This document shows, one piece after another, positions 27,839 to 37,144 of a DNA stretch of 64,000 bases; positions within the stretch are counted from its first letter, which is position 1, and each line of letters begins with the position of its first letter. This stretch comes from an uncultured Acidimicrobiales bacterium. GTDB taxonomy: Bacteria > Actinomycetota > Acidimicrobiia > Acidimicrobiales > SZUA-35. A model generated the notes under the pieces. The model was given only the letters and a program-made list of their open reading frames with translations, had not been told where the DNA came from and made no database searches. The DNA lies in contig CAVVWM010000003.1 of the NCBI GenBank assembly GCA_963751955.1, positions 322,644 through 386,643 of the forward strand, given 5' to 3'. A program made the position numbers and the translations under genes.

Positions 27839-29140
27839 GTGAGCAAGGTTTTGGGGTACGACAACCCGATGAAGATCGCCATCGTTGGTTCAGGAATCGC
27901 CGGTCTGACCTGCGCCCATGTTCTCGGACCACACCACGACGTGTCACTCTTCGAAGCTGACTCACGCGTCGGTGGCCACTCCAACACCGTGATTGTGCAC
28001 GATCCGGTCGTCGGAGATCTGGGGGTCGACACGGGGTTCATCGTCCACAATGACCGGAACTATCCCAATCTCACCCGGCTGTTCTCTGAACTCGGTGTTG
28101 AGACTGTCGACACCGAGATGAGCTTCGGTGTAGCTGATGAACAATCCGGGTTCGCCTACCGAGCAACCAACCTGAATTCTCTGCTGGCAGATCGCAGGAA
28201 TATTGTTCGCCCCCAGCTCTACCGCATGCTCTTCGATATCGGCCGCTTCTATCGAAGCGCTCGCCGCTTCCTCGCTAGCGGAGACGAAACAACGAACCTT
28301 GGGGAATTCCTCTCACGCGGCCACTACTCCCCAGCATTCGTTGACCTGCACCTCATCCCGATGGGAGCGTCCATTTGGTCTGCAGATCCCGCTTCATTCG
28401 ATGAATTCCCGGCCCGAAGCTTGTTGAGCTTCCTCGACAATCACGGTCTGCTGAGCGTGCGCGATCGGCCGCAATGGAAGGCCATCGTCGGTGGCAGCCA
28501 ACAGTACGTGAACCAGATTCTGGAACGATTCGAAGGAGAGGTTCACACCCAAACACCAGTGCTCGGCATCCAACGGCGTTCCGACAACGTAGAAATACAT
28601 ACCGAAGCTGGCACCGTGGTATTTGACGCCGTCGTCATCGCCTGCCACAGCGATCAAGCCCTGAACATGCTGACAGATCCCTCCACAAACGAAACAGAAG
28701 TCCTGGGCGCGATTCGCTACCAGAAGAACAAGGCCATTCTCCATACCGATACGGCCGTACTACCCCCACAGAAGCTGGCCCACTCAGCATGGAACTACTT
28801 TCGTCGAGCCGACGGCTCAGACGTTGGAGCGGCTGTGCTGACCTACGACATGACCGACCTCATGAAGTTGCCGGTTACAACCCAGTACTTGGTGAGCCTC
28901 AACGACCACCGGATCGACCCTTCCAAAGCTCTGTATGAAACGACCTACCGGCACCCGGTTTTCGACGGCCCGGCAATTGCAGCCCAACGTCGTGTAGCCG
29001 AGATCAGCGGCACCAATCGAACCCATTTCGCCGGTGCGTACTGGGGTTTCGGATTTCACGAGGATGGTATGGCTTCGGGACTACGGGCCTGCGCCGAACT
29101 CGGTTCGCCGTGGGAGTTCGAGTCGGAGCCGGTCCGATGA
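27839..29140 (+). CDS. FAD-dependent oxidoreductase (amine-oxidase/desaturase-like)
   Basis: Dinucleotide fold KIAIVGSGIAGLTCAH...FEADSRVGGH. 433 aa. First gene of a translationally coupled triad. ATG at 27869 is an alternative start. Confidence 0.8.
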   Translation: MSKVLGYDNPMKIAIVGSGIAGLTCAHVLGPHHDVSLFEADSRVGGHSNTVIVHDPVVGDLGVDTGFIVHNDRNYPNLTRLFSELGVETVDTEMSFGVADEQSGFAYRATNLNSLLADRRNIVRPQLYRMLFDIGRFYRSARRFLASGDETTNLGEFLSRGHYSPAFVDLHLIPMGASIWSADPASFDEFPARSLLSFLDNHGLLSVRDRPQWKAIVGGSQQYVNQILERFEGEVHTQTPVLGIQRRSDNVEIHTEAGTVVFDAVVIACHSDQALNMLTDPSTNETEVLGAIRYQKNKAILHTDTAVLPPQKLAHSAWNYFRRADGSDVGAAVLTYDMTDLMKLPVTTQYLVSLNDHRIDPSKALYETTYRHPVFDGPAIAAQRRVAEISGTNRTHFAGAYWGFGFHEDGMASGLRACAELGSPWEFESEPVR

Positions 29141-29943
29141 GAGCCGGGCGCGCCGCCGTCTGCGAGGGCGAAGTTTGGCATCGGCGGAACAAACCAACGG
29201 TGAACGAGTTCACGTACCGAATCAGTCACGTGTGGGTGGATCCCGACCAGCCCGAAGACCTCACCGACCGCCATCGGTTGTGGTCCTCGAATCGAATCGC
29301 ACCAGGAAGATTCCGACGTTCGGACTACGGGATGGAACCCACCGGATCTCTGGTCGAGCAGGTTCGGGATGAACTCACACCTGTTCTGGGGTATCGCCCA
29401 ACCGGGGCAATACGAATGCTTGGACAAGCGAGGCGATGGGGGTGGATGTTCAATCCCATCACCGTCTTCATCGCGTGGCACATCGATCCAGAGACCCCGG
29501 TCGGGGCTGTGGCCGAGGTGACCAACACCCCCTGGAAAGAACGAACCCACTATCCGCTTGTTCTGGCCAGTGCTGGAGAGGACAGCTGGAGCACCGAATT
29601 CGACAAGACTCTCCACGTGTCCCCGTTTCTTGATGAGGATTTCCGCTATCGCCTTTCGATCACTGATCGCGATCCTCAACTAGAGGTTCGAATCGATGTG
29701 CTCAGGCCTCGGTGCGACGAGCCCATGGTGGAAACCGCTGTCCGGGTCACGCGGTCAGAGCCGACACCGGCGGCGCTCACACGGGCTCTCACCCAGGGGG
29801 CCCTCTCCACTCGGATTGTCTCGCTGGGAATCCACGCTCAAGCGGCGCGGCTGGCAGCAAAGCGGGTTCCCTTTGTCAGTCATCCTCGAAAACGTTCCTC
29901 AACCGGCACCCAACCCGCTCCGATCCAGGAGGATTCTCCATGA
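29137..29943 (+). CDS. DUF1365 family protein
   Basis: Start at the ATG overlapping the upstream stop (ATGA). GEVWHRRNKPTVNEFTYRISHVWVDPD and the later WKERTHYPL match my recollection of DUF1365. Confidence 0.7.
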   Translation: MRAGRAAVCEGEVWHRRNKPTVNEFTYRISHVWVDPDQPEDLTDRHRLWSSNRIAPGRFRRSDYGMEPTGSLVEQVRDELTPVLGYRPTGAIRMLGQARRWGWMFNPITVFIAWHIDPETPVGAVAEVTNTPWKERTHYPLVLASAGEDSWSTEFDKTLHVSPFLDEDFRYRLSITDRDPQLEVRIDVLRPRCDEPMVETAVRVTRSEPTPAALTRALTQGALSTRIVSLGIHAQAARLAAKRVPFVSHPRKRSSTGTQPAPIQEDSP

Positions 29944-31295
29944 CAACCGTCTCTCCCCGCCCCAGCGCCCGGCCCGAACTCCTTCTCCAGAAAGCGAAAC
30001 TTGCGGTTCATCCGGCTCCTGCGCCCAACAACGTGCGAGTCACGTATAACCGCCGATATCGAACTGCGCGGTCGATCGTTACCACTCTGCTTGGGCGTCT
30101 CACCAGAGATTCCTTCATCATCAAAGAGGGCGACGACGTGGCAATCTACGGGCCAGGCGGCGGCATCGAAGCAACACTGACTGTTCTGGACCCTCGGGCA
30201 TGGTGGCATCTTGCGACCGAGGGATCTATCGGGCTGGGGCGGGGCTACATCGAGGGCTGGTGGCACAGCGAAGACCCGGATCTTGTCGTCCGGGTAGCTG
30301 CTCGCAACATGAAAGCTATCGACGAGATCCGCAACCGCATGGCCGATCTGACCAACCCGATTACGGACCGAGTTCGTAGACTTGGGCCGACTCCGGATCG
30401 GTCCAAGAATCGCGAAGACATCGGCGCTCATTACGACCTCGGAAACAACTTCTTCCGGTTGTTCCTCGACGAGACCATGACCTACAGCAGCGCCGTCTTC
30501 GAGCGAGCGGACCAGGCTCTCGCCGAGGCGAGCAACGCCAAATACGACCGTTTGCTGCGCAAGCTCGGCGTGACGCCTGGGATGTCGCTGACCGAGATCG
30601 GCACCGGCTGGGGCGGGATGGCGCTGCGAGCGGCTAGCGAGTTCGGTGCGGTTGTGACCTCTACCACGATCAGCCATCAGCAGTATGCCGAGGCCAATCG
30701 TCGAGTTAAGTCGGCCGAAGCTCATCAACTGATTGCGCCTGATCAAGTCCGTTTGCTCGAACATGATTGGCGAGACGTTGATTCCGCTGTCGGTCAACGC
30801 GCTGACCGCTTAGTCAGCATCGAGATGATCGAGGCCGTCGACTGGCGGGACTACCCAGAATTCTTCAAGGCGATTGAGGCCAACATCAGCTCCGACGGCA
30901 TGGTCGGACTTCAGGCCATCTGTGTTCCTGATCGCAGGTATGAGCGAACCAAACACACCGAAGACTTCATCGCCCGGTTCGTCTTCCCCGGTGGCTTCCT
31001 ACCGTCCATCGGCAAGATTGCCAAGATCGTCAGTCGACACACTCATCTCCAGTTGATCGACGTGGAAGACTTCGGTGCGCACTACGCGGAGACACTGCGG
31101 CAGTGGCGAGAGCGATTCGACAATCACGTCGATGAACTTCACAAACTCGGTTTGGACGACCGTTTTGTTCGCTTGTGGCGTTTCTACCTGGCCTATTGTC
31201 AGGCCGCCTTCACCGAACGCCATTGCACGGTGAACCAGCTCGTGCTCGTGGGTCCGGACTGGCGACCAAACGGACTGGATCTACGTCCCGCTTAG
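29940..31295 (+). CDS. Cyclopropane-fatty-acyl-phospholipid synthase family SAM-dependent methyltransferase
   Basis: Start at the ATGA overlap. HYDLGNNFFRLFLDETMTYSSAVF, SAM motif LTEIGTGWGGMAL, FPGGFLPS and the C-terminal YLAYCQAAF. The track's longer N-terminus overlaps DUF1365. Confidence 0.9.
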   Translation: MTTVSPRPSARPELLLQKAKLAVHPAPAPNNVRVTYNRRYRTARSIVTTLLGRLTRDSFIIKEGDDVAIYGPGGGIEATLTVLDPRAWWHLATEGSIGLGRGYIEGWWHSEDPDLVVRVAARNMKAIDEIRNRMADLTNPITDRVRRLGPTPDRSKNREDIGAHYDLGNNFFRLFLDETMTYSSAVFERADQALAEASNAKYDRLLRKLGVTPGMSLTEIGTGWGGMALRAASEFGAVVTSTTISHQQYAEANRRVKSAEAHQLIAPDQVRLLEHDWRDVDSAVGQRADRLVSIEMIEAVDWRDYPEFFKAIEANISSDGMVGLQAICVPDRRYERTKHTEDFIARFVFPGGFLPSIGKIAKIVSRHTHLQLIDVEDFGAHYAETLRQWRERFDNHVDELHKLGLDDRFVRLWRFYLAYCQAAFTERHCTVNQLVLVGPDWRPNGLDLRPA

Positions 31296-31612
31296 GGGAA
31301 TCAGAAACGAAGATCGCAGGTCCGCCAAACTCGGAGATCTCACCTGTCTTTCTCGACGACACCTCGATTTCAGAAGTGTCCCGTTTGAGAGAAAGCGGGG
31401 AGCGATCCGACCTTTGCGAACCTGCGCTAAATCGATGATGCACTGCGGAATATCCGTCGTCAAGGTCTAGCTACGAATCGGTCCTCGACCGGCGGAAATG
31501 AATCTGTCCGTGTCTCGCCACCGCCTGGCACGAATCCGAGCGTGCCGCGTTCATCTACCCTGTCAACTGTGAAGGGCCCACAGCGACCGCGCCAAACCCA
31601 AGAATCAAGCCG

Positions 31613-32617
31613 ATGACACGCTTGCGTTCCCCGCTGGGCTCGATCACAAGCATCAAGACCAAGTGGTCGCTGGTGATAATCGCAGCTGTCGCAGTAACAG
31701 CGGGGATGAGTCAGCTCGGAGTCGCGCTGGGTTGGCCCGTTTGGATCCGCCCAATCGCAGCCGGAGCCTTAGCGCTGATAGCGGTGCAACTGCTGGCGAG
31801 GGGCATGACCTCCCCCCTGCGGGCCATGTCGGATCAGGCCCAGAAGATCGCCGAAGGTGATTTCGCCGGCCGCGTGCACCCCGACTCCCGGGATGAGATA
31901 GCTCAGCTGGCAGAATCGTTGAATCACATGGCAGAGCAGCTGGCCGAAGTCGACCGGCAGCAGAAGGAGTTCATTGCCAATGCATCACACGAACTTCGAA
32001 CTCCTGTGGCAACAATCCAGACTCAATTGGAAAACATCGTCGATCGTGTCACTGAGCCATCGCCCGAGGTTCTCCACCGATTGTTGCAGCAGGCCCAACA
32101 CGTAGGCGGTCTCGTTCGCCAGCTCCTCGATCTCTCCAGGCTCGACACGACGCTGGCAACGCCGAACAAAGAACTCGTAGCTGGCGGGGTGGTTCTCAAA
32201 CAGGTCGTTCACGAAGCCCAGCTGCTCCACCCCGGAGCTCAAATAGAGCTCACACTTTCGGGTCCACTCGGGGTCTCGGCCGATGAAAAACTCCTCCACC
32301 AGCTGTTCACGAACCTCGTCCTGAATGCGCTGCGATTCGCACCGGTGAGATCTCCGATTACCGTGACCGGAACCGGTGACGGGGACACCGTGACGATCCG
32401 AGTCAGCGATCAGGGACCGGGTATACCACCAGAGTTGAGATCACGTGTGTTCGAACGCTTCTGGCAATTCGACCGAAGCGGACCCACGGGTAGTGGCGGA
32501 GCAGGCCTGGGGTTGGCGATCTGCAAGAGGATCGTGGAACTTCACGATGGCGAGATTTCGATCCATTCAGCCCGGCCAACTGGGACCACGGTCCAGGTGC
32601 AGCTCAAGGCGTTCTGA
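31613..32617 (+). CDS. Sensor histidine kinase (2 TM, HAMP, HisKA, HATPase_c), no adjacent response regulator
   Basis: H-box FIANASHELRTPVATI, N-box LVLNALRFAP, G-boxes DQGPGIPP and GGAGLGLAICKRIV. The periplasmic loop is very short. Confidence 0.9.
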   Translation: MTRLRSPLGSITSIKTKWSLVIIAAVAVTAGMSQLGVALGWPVWIRPIAAGALALIAVQLLARGMTSPLRAMSDQAQKIAEGDFAGRVHPDSRDEIAQLAESLNHMAEQLAEVDRQQKEFIANASHELRTPVATIQTQLENIVDRVTEPSPEVLHRLLQQAQHVGGLVRQLLDLSRLDTTLATPNKELVAGGVVLKQVVHEAQLLHPGAQIELTLSGPLGVSADEKLLHQLFTNLVLNALRFAPVRSPITVTGTGDGDTVTIRVSDQGPGIPPELRSRVFERFWQFDRSGPTGSGGAGLGLAICKRIVELHDGEISIHSARPTGTTVQVQLKAF

Positions 32618-33682
32618 CTACAGCGTCAACAGCACATCTGTGGCGTTGATTCGCCGGTCCTCCAAAGGCGGCCGGACATCCAGATCGCCCCCGAGCCCAA
32701 CCGTCGTTGCCACATCGAGGGCGCTCAGAAGATCACGAATATCTCGAGGTGGAGCGAAGTATTCGTCCTCTTCAGTGATTCGAACCTCGTCAACGCCCCT
32801 GGTTGGATCAAGCGAGGAGATCACGGCGGCAACCACATCATCTGGAGCAGAGGCTCCAGCTGTGACTCCCACCGTTCCGGAGAGATCGTCGGGAAGCTCA
32901 TCAGGCCCATTGATTCTGTAAACCCGGTCACATCCCGCCTCCCGGGCAAGCTTGGCCAGAGCATTGGTGTTGGAAGAGTTTGCAGAGCCGATCACCACAA
33001 TGGCATCACACTTGTCGGCGATAGCGGTGAGCGCTGATTGGCGATTGGTTGTTGCAAAACACAGGTCGGACCGCCCCGGCTGCCACAGATCGGGGAAACG
33101 CTCCCTGGCCGCCTCAGCCACCTCGCTCCACTCTCGATGACTAAGGGTCGTCTGGGCCAGCAACGCCGTCGGCTCCTCGAAGTCGGGCAACGCTTCGACC
33201 TCCTCCACGGACTCGACCCTGCTGATCGATGTGGGTGCAACCGCCATCGTGCCAACCGCCTCTTCGTGTCCCTCGTGACCCACATAGATGATTCGGAAGC
33301 CCTTGTTCGCACGAACCTTGACCTCGTGATGAACCTTGGTCACGAGCGGGCACACCGCGTTGACCACGTAGGACCCCCGATGCTGAGCGGCCGCGACCAC
33401 CTCAGGAGCGCTTCCGTGGGCGCTCAACATGATCGGCATCCCCTGTGGCACCTCCGCTATGTCATCGACGAAGACCACTCCTCGCTCGACAAACCGATCG
33501 ACGACCAGCTTGTTGTGAACGATCTCGTGGTAGCAGTACACCGGCGGCTCGAACGCTCGGACCATCCACGCCAGCGCCTTGATCGCCATCTCGACCCCCG
33601 CGCAGAACCCCCGAGGAGCGCAGAGCAGAACCTTGTCGACGCCCATGGCTTCATTCATGTCTTCCAGACTACTCAGCGCCAC
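32618..33682 (-). CDS. ispH: 4-hydroxy-3-methylbut-2-enyl diphosphate reductase
   Basis: LCAPRGFCAGVEMAI, HEIVHN, SAHG, NAVCPLVTKVH and VVIGSANSSNT, plus the actinobacterial C-terminal extension. Its stop directly abuts the kinase stop (32617/32618). Confidence 0.9.
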   Translation of the reverse strand: MALSSLEDMNEAMGVDKVLLCAPRGFCAGVEMAIKALAWMVRAFEPPVYCYHEIVHNKLVVDRFVERGVVFVDDIAEVPQGMPIMLSAHGSAPEVVAAAQHRGSYVVNAVCPLVTKVHHEVKVRANKGFRIIYVGHEGHEEAVGTMAVAPTSISRVESVEEVEALPDFEEPTALLAQTTLSHREWSEVAEAARERFPDLWQPGRSDLCFATTNRQSALTAIADKCDAIVVIGSANSSNTNALAKLAREAGCDRVYRINGPDELPDDLSGTVGVTAGASAPDDVVAAVISSLDPTRGVDEVRITEEDEYFAPPRDIRDLLSALDVATTVGLGGDLDVRPPLEDRRINATDVLLTL

Positions 33683-33926
33683 GAACTCCCATCGGACCCG
33701 GTGCTAGCTTGGCTCGCAGTTCGCCGAGAGAAGGCTCTGATCCAGCTATGGGAGGAAGCGGTCGAGGAATCGCGGCGGGCTGGACCAATTGTCGGGAGTG
33801 CCGTGGCCCGATGGCCGCATCCCAAACCTCGGGTGGATCGTGCTCCACATGACCGAGGGGTTCGCCCGCCACGTGGGCCACGCCGACCTGATTCGTGAAG
33901 CTATCGACGGCAGCACAGGCGAATAG
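33683..33926 (+). pseudogene. 3' remnant of a DinB/DUF664-family gene (truncated and frameshifted)
   Basis: My translation of 33783-33926 reads [47 protein letters not shown], the characteristic DinB_2/DUF664 C-terminus. An upstream piece, [17 protein letters not shown], is in another frame. The N-terminal half has no room because ispH starts at 33682. Confidence 0.55.
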
Positions 33927-34097
33927 CCCGGCGGCGGAACTATCCGCCAGCGAGCACCTGGGTCCATGGCAGATCTGAGCCTGAGCAACAATCGGATTCA
34001 CCTCCGTCTGAGTGCCACGGGGTCAGCGAAGGCGATTCGGTCTGAATCGACTGCGCCACGTGATGCAGTACGGTCGTCTCATAGCTGAGGGGGCGCC

Positions 34098-35642
34098 GTG
34101 GTCCGACGCACTCGTGTTCGCCGAGGAGGCTCGATTTACATGACCGAGATAGAGATCGACCATCCGACCGTGATTCTGGCTGCGTGCAGCGAGTACGACG
34201 TCGATCGAATTCGGGATATCGCCGGTCACGGCCTCGACCGTCTCGGGCTCAGTCCCTTCGGCCAGACGCTGGTCAAGCCGAACTGTGTGACCTCTGGGGA
34301 GAAGTTCCCGCATGCCTACACCCGCCCCGAGTTCCTCGAAGGTGTCCTGGGCGCGCTCGGAGAGCGAGCCCAGCCTTCCACGACGATGCGGTTGGGGGAA
34401 CGTTGTGGCATCACGATTCCGACCCGCTACGCGTTCAAGGAGGCCGGGTACTACCCGATGCTCGAGCGAGCGGGCGTAGAGCCAGTGCACTTTGACGAGG
34501 TGGGGCAGGTCGAGATTCCGCTGACCCACGATGGGCGGCTGCGCGATTCGCTCTACGTGCCGCGGCCGGTCGCCGAAGCCGACTTTTTTGTGAACTGCCC
34601 GAAGTTCAAAGCTCACCCCTGGACCACGGTCACGTTCTCGATGAAGAATTACATCGGAATCCAGGATGACCGTCACCGCCTGATCGACCACGATCACAAG
34701 CTGAACAACAAAGTCGCGGACCTCCAATACGTGCTGCAGCCCCGGTTCATCGCCATCGACGCGATCATCGCCGGTGAGGGTCGCATGCTCACCCCGCTGC
34801 CGTTCGATCTGGGGTTAGTCATCATGGGAAACAACCAGGTGGCCTTCGATGCGGTGTGCTGCCACATCATCGGGCTCGATCCACTATCGGTCGACCACAT
34901 CCGCCTCGCCCACGAGCGCGGATTCGGTCCTGTTGATCTCGACGAGATCACGATCGACGGTGACGTGACCCTCTCCGAGGCCAAGACCCGAGCCGAAGGG
35001 TTCCGGGTCGGGCTGATACGGGTCGAGGAGTACTTCGCCGACTCGTCCATCACCGCTCATGCGGGCCCGCCACCGGCGGGAGAGGGCGTCGACGAGGAGT
35101 ATTGCTGGGGTGGTTGCCCCGGCGCCATGGAGGAAGCGATCGAGATCATGCGCCTCTTCGACGACAACACCGATGACAAGCTCCCGACCACACACATTGT
35201 CTTCGGCGATTACGACGGCGAGATCGACGCCGGGCCCGACGACAAGGTCGTGTTCATTGGGGACTGCGCTACCTACGAAGGCGAAATCGGGGGTAGCCCT
35301 GTCACTATCGACAATCTGTACATCGACCGATCTCGAAAGGATCCGCTGGAGGCGGAAGGCACCGACATCTTCGCCAAGATGGCCTCGGTCGAGCGCTCGT
35401 GGTTCCGAACCCGCAATGATCAGGTGCTGGAGATCCGCGGCTGTCCGGTCAGCGTGGCCGAGCAGGTCCTGCTGCTGGTGAAGCTGGGCAAGTTGAAGAG
35501 CCCGTATCTCGACCCCAGCCAAATTGGGCCGTTCGTGAGTTGTTATCTGAGCGCGCGGACCCAAAAAGCGCTTCGTGGTCTCCGACGTGAGCCCTACAAC
35601 ACGCCCGGCCCCGCCAAGCGCGGATCGGCTGCGGTGACCTGA
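34098..35642 (+). CDS. DUF362-domain protein with a long C-terminal extension
   Basis: VKPNCV, KFKAHPWTTVTFSMKNYIGIQDD and IDAIIAGEGRMLTP fit DUF362 as I recall it. The C-terminal roughly 200 aa carries Cys motifs CWGGCPG, GDCATYEG and RGCPVS. The start is GTG 34098 or ATG 34140. Confidence 0.6.
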   Translation: MVRRTRVRRGGSIYMTEIEIDHPTVILAACSEYDVDRIRDIAGHGLDRLGLSPFGQTLVKPNCVTSGEKFPHAYTRPEFLEGVLGALGERAQPSTTMRLGERCGITIPTRYAFKEAGYYPMLERAGVEPVHFDEVGQVEIPLTHDGRLRDSLYVPRPVAEADFFVNCPKFKAHPWTTVTFSMKNYIGIQDDRHRLIDHDHKLNNKVADLQYVLQPRFIAIDAIIAGEGRMLTPLPFDLGLVIMGNNQVAFDAVCCHIIGLDPLSVDHIRLAHERGFGPVDLDEITIDGDVTLSEAKTRAEGFRVGLIRVEEYFADSSITAHAGPPPAGEGVDEEYCWGGCPGAMEEAIEIMRLFDDNTDDKLPTTHIVFGDYDGEIDAGPDDKVVFIGDCATYEGEIGGSPVTIDNLYIDRSRKDPLEAEGTDIFAKMASVERSWFRTRNDQVLEIRGCPVSVAEQVLLLVKLGKLKSPYLDPSQIGPFVSCYLSARTQKALRGLRREPYNTPGPAKRGSAAVT

Positions 35643-35725
35643 GGACGCCCGGGCGCAGGCTGTTCGGTGAGCTCTGGGACCCAGGCGAGCCGGCAACGTG
35701 TGACTACGAGGGGGCGAATGTCCGC

Positions 35726-36421
35726 CTAGAGCCCAACATTGCGCTGGGCAGAGTCGAACAGCTCCTGAATGCTGTCTTGGAGTTCGGCGCTCAGACGCCG
35801 TATGTCGCTCCGCTTCACACGCTCCCCTGCGGCTCGTTCGGCCGGATAGATCGGCGTGCCGACGATGATCGACATGCGTTTGGGCCTCGGGAGTTTCTGC
35901 CCCTTGGGCCACGAGCGCTCTCCGCCACCGATCCCGATCGGAACCACTGGGACGTTGGCACGCGCTGCGATGAAGGCGGCGCCGTCCTTGAGAGGCTGCA
36001 CCTCGGGGCCCGAGTGGCGGGTTGACTCAGGAAAAATCACCAGCGGTTCACCGGATCGAAGTACATCCTCGGCAAGCCGCAGAGCTTCGCGATCCGTACT
36101 CGACCGTTCCACCGGAAAACCGCCCGTGGCTCGCAGAAACCAGCCAAGACCGGGCGTCGCGAAGTACGACTCGGCACCCATGAACCGGAACATCGTTCGC
36201 GGTGGGGTCACAGCCACAACGGCGGTGTCGATTATCGAACGATGGGCGCCGGGCGCGACCACATAACCACCTGTCGCTGGCAGGTTCTCCCTTCCTTCGA
36301 TACTCAAACGAAGGAAGAGGCGTGAGAAGCCACGAAAGATAGTGGTGAGAACACGGAAGAAAACGCGCTGAGCACGAGAAATGGACGCTGGGTTCGATTG
36401 TCTCTCTGGAATACTGCTCAC
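35726..36421 (-). CDS. 1-acyl-sn-glycerol-3-phosphate acyltransferase family
   Basis: HX4D motif GAHRSIIDT, plus FPESTR and VPIGIGG. 4-nt overlap with cmk. Confidence 0.85.
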   Translation of the reverse strand: MSSIPERQSNPASISRAQRVFFRVLTTIFRGFSRLFLRLSIEGRENLPATGGYVVAPGAHRSIIDTAVVAVTPPRTMFRFMGAESYFATPGLGWFLRATGGFPVERSSTDREALRLAEDVLRSGEPLVIFPESTRHSGPEVQPLKDGAAFIAARANVPVVPIGIGGGERSWPKGQKLPRPKRMSIIVGTPIYPAERAAGERVKRSDIRRLSAELQDSIQELFDSAQRNVGL

Positions 36422-37119
36422 TCCTCCGGGCCAGAAGCCTTTCGGGCTTGATCGAGCAGGTTTTCCAAGACGTCGAGAACCTCTTCGATGGTGAGGTAGG
36501 TGGTGTCGACCTCGAGGGCACCGTCGGCCTGCCTGAGTGGGTCGATTTCGCGATTCTCATCAAGCGCGTCGCGTCGGGCGATATCGGCAGCGACAGTGTC
36601 GTAGTCGAGATCGGTGACCTCACCAGCCCTCCGGGCGGCCCGAACCTCGGGGCTTGCAGTCAGATACACGATCAACGTTGCATCTGGAAAAACCACGGTT
36701 CCGATATCCCGACCTTCCAACACTCCTCCGCCCCGACGTCGAGCCCACTCGCGTTGTCGGCTGACGAGTTCGGCACGAACACCGGGATGGGCAGCGACGC
36801 TCGACACGGCCCGAGTTACTGCGGGCCCGCGGATCTGCGTTGTGGCATCCACCATGTTCACTGTCAATGTTCCATCGACCTCCATTCGAAGATCTATGTC
36901 CCGAGCCATCTCGGTGGCCTCCTCGGGATCGGCCGGATCGATTCCGGCTGCGATGCAAGCAAAGGTCACAGCCCGGTACATAGCTCCGGTATCCAGGTAG
37001 GGAAGGCCCACCCGTTCGGCCAAGCTCTTCGCAACGGTGCTTTTACCTGAACCTGCTGGGCCGTCGATCGCAACAATCACCATCTCGCCCTGATCCGCGG
37101 TTGCTTCAAGTTCGCTCAT
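36418..37119 (-). CDS. cmk: Cytidylate kinase
   Basis: Start at MSEL (ATG 37119), preceded by GGAGAG. P-loop IDGPAGSGKSTVAK, plus GRDIGTVVFPDA. The track extension to 37194 overlaps tyrA. Confidence 0.9.
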   Translation of the reverse strand: MSELEATADQGEMVIVAIDGPAGSGKSTVAKSLAERVGLPYLDTGAMYRAVTFACIAAGIDPADPEEATEMARDIDLRMEVDGTLTVNMVDATTQIRGPAVTRAVSSVAAHPGVRAELVSRQREWARRRGGGVLEGRDIGTVVFPDATLIVYLTASPEVRAARRAGEVTDLDYDTVAADIARRDALDENREIDPLRQADGALEVDTTYLTIEEVLDVLENLLDQARKASGPEE

Positions 37120-37144
37120 CCGGTCTCTCCTTGCCCTGGTGCGA

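Noticed and set aside
27184-28050. Long antisense ORFs, for example 27184..28050(-), 34023..34727(-), 34884..35912(-), 44697..45857(+), 29880..30797(-), 10312..11279(-) and 7865..8728(+)
   Set aside because: Each lies opposite a confidently identified gene. They have Arg/Gly/Val-rich or low-complexity composition and no recognisable motif. Stop-poor antisense frames like these are expected at this GC content.
31296-31612. A degraded response-regulator gene upstream of the histidine kinase
   Set aside because: Translation in all three forward frames gave only short stop-interrupted stretches with no REC or winged-helix motifs.
33669-34001. Minus-strand ORFs 33669..34001 and 33746..33991 as genes
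   Set aside because: The plus strand of the same region carries the unmistakable DinB/DUF664 C-terminal motif, so the minus-strand ORFs are its antisense shadow.
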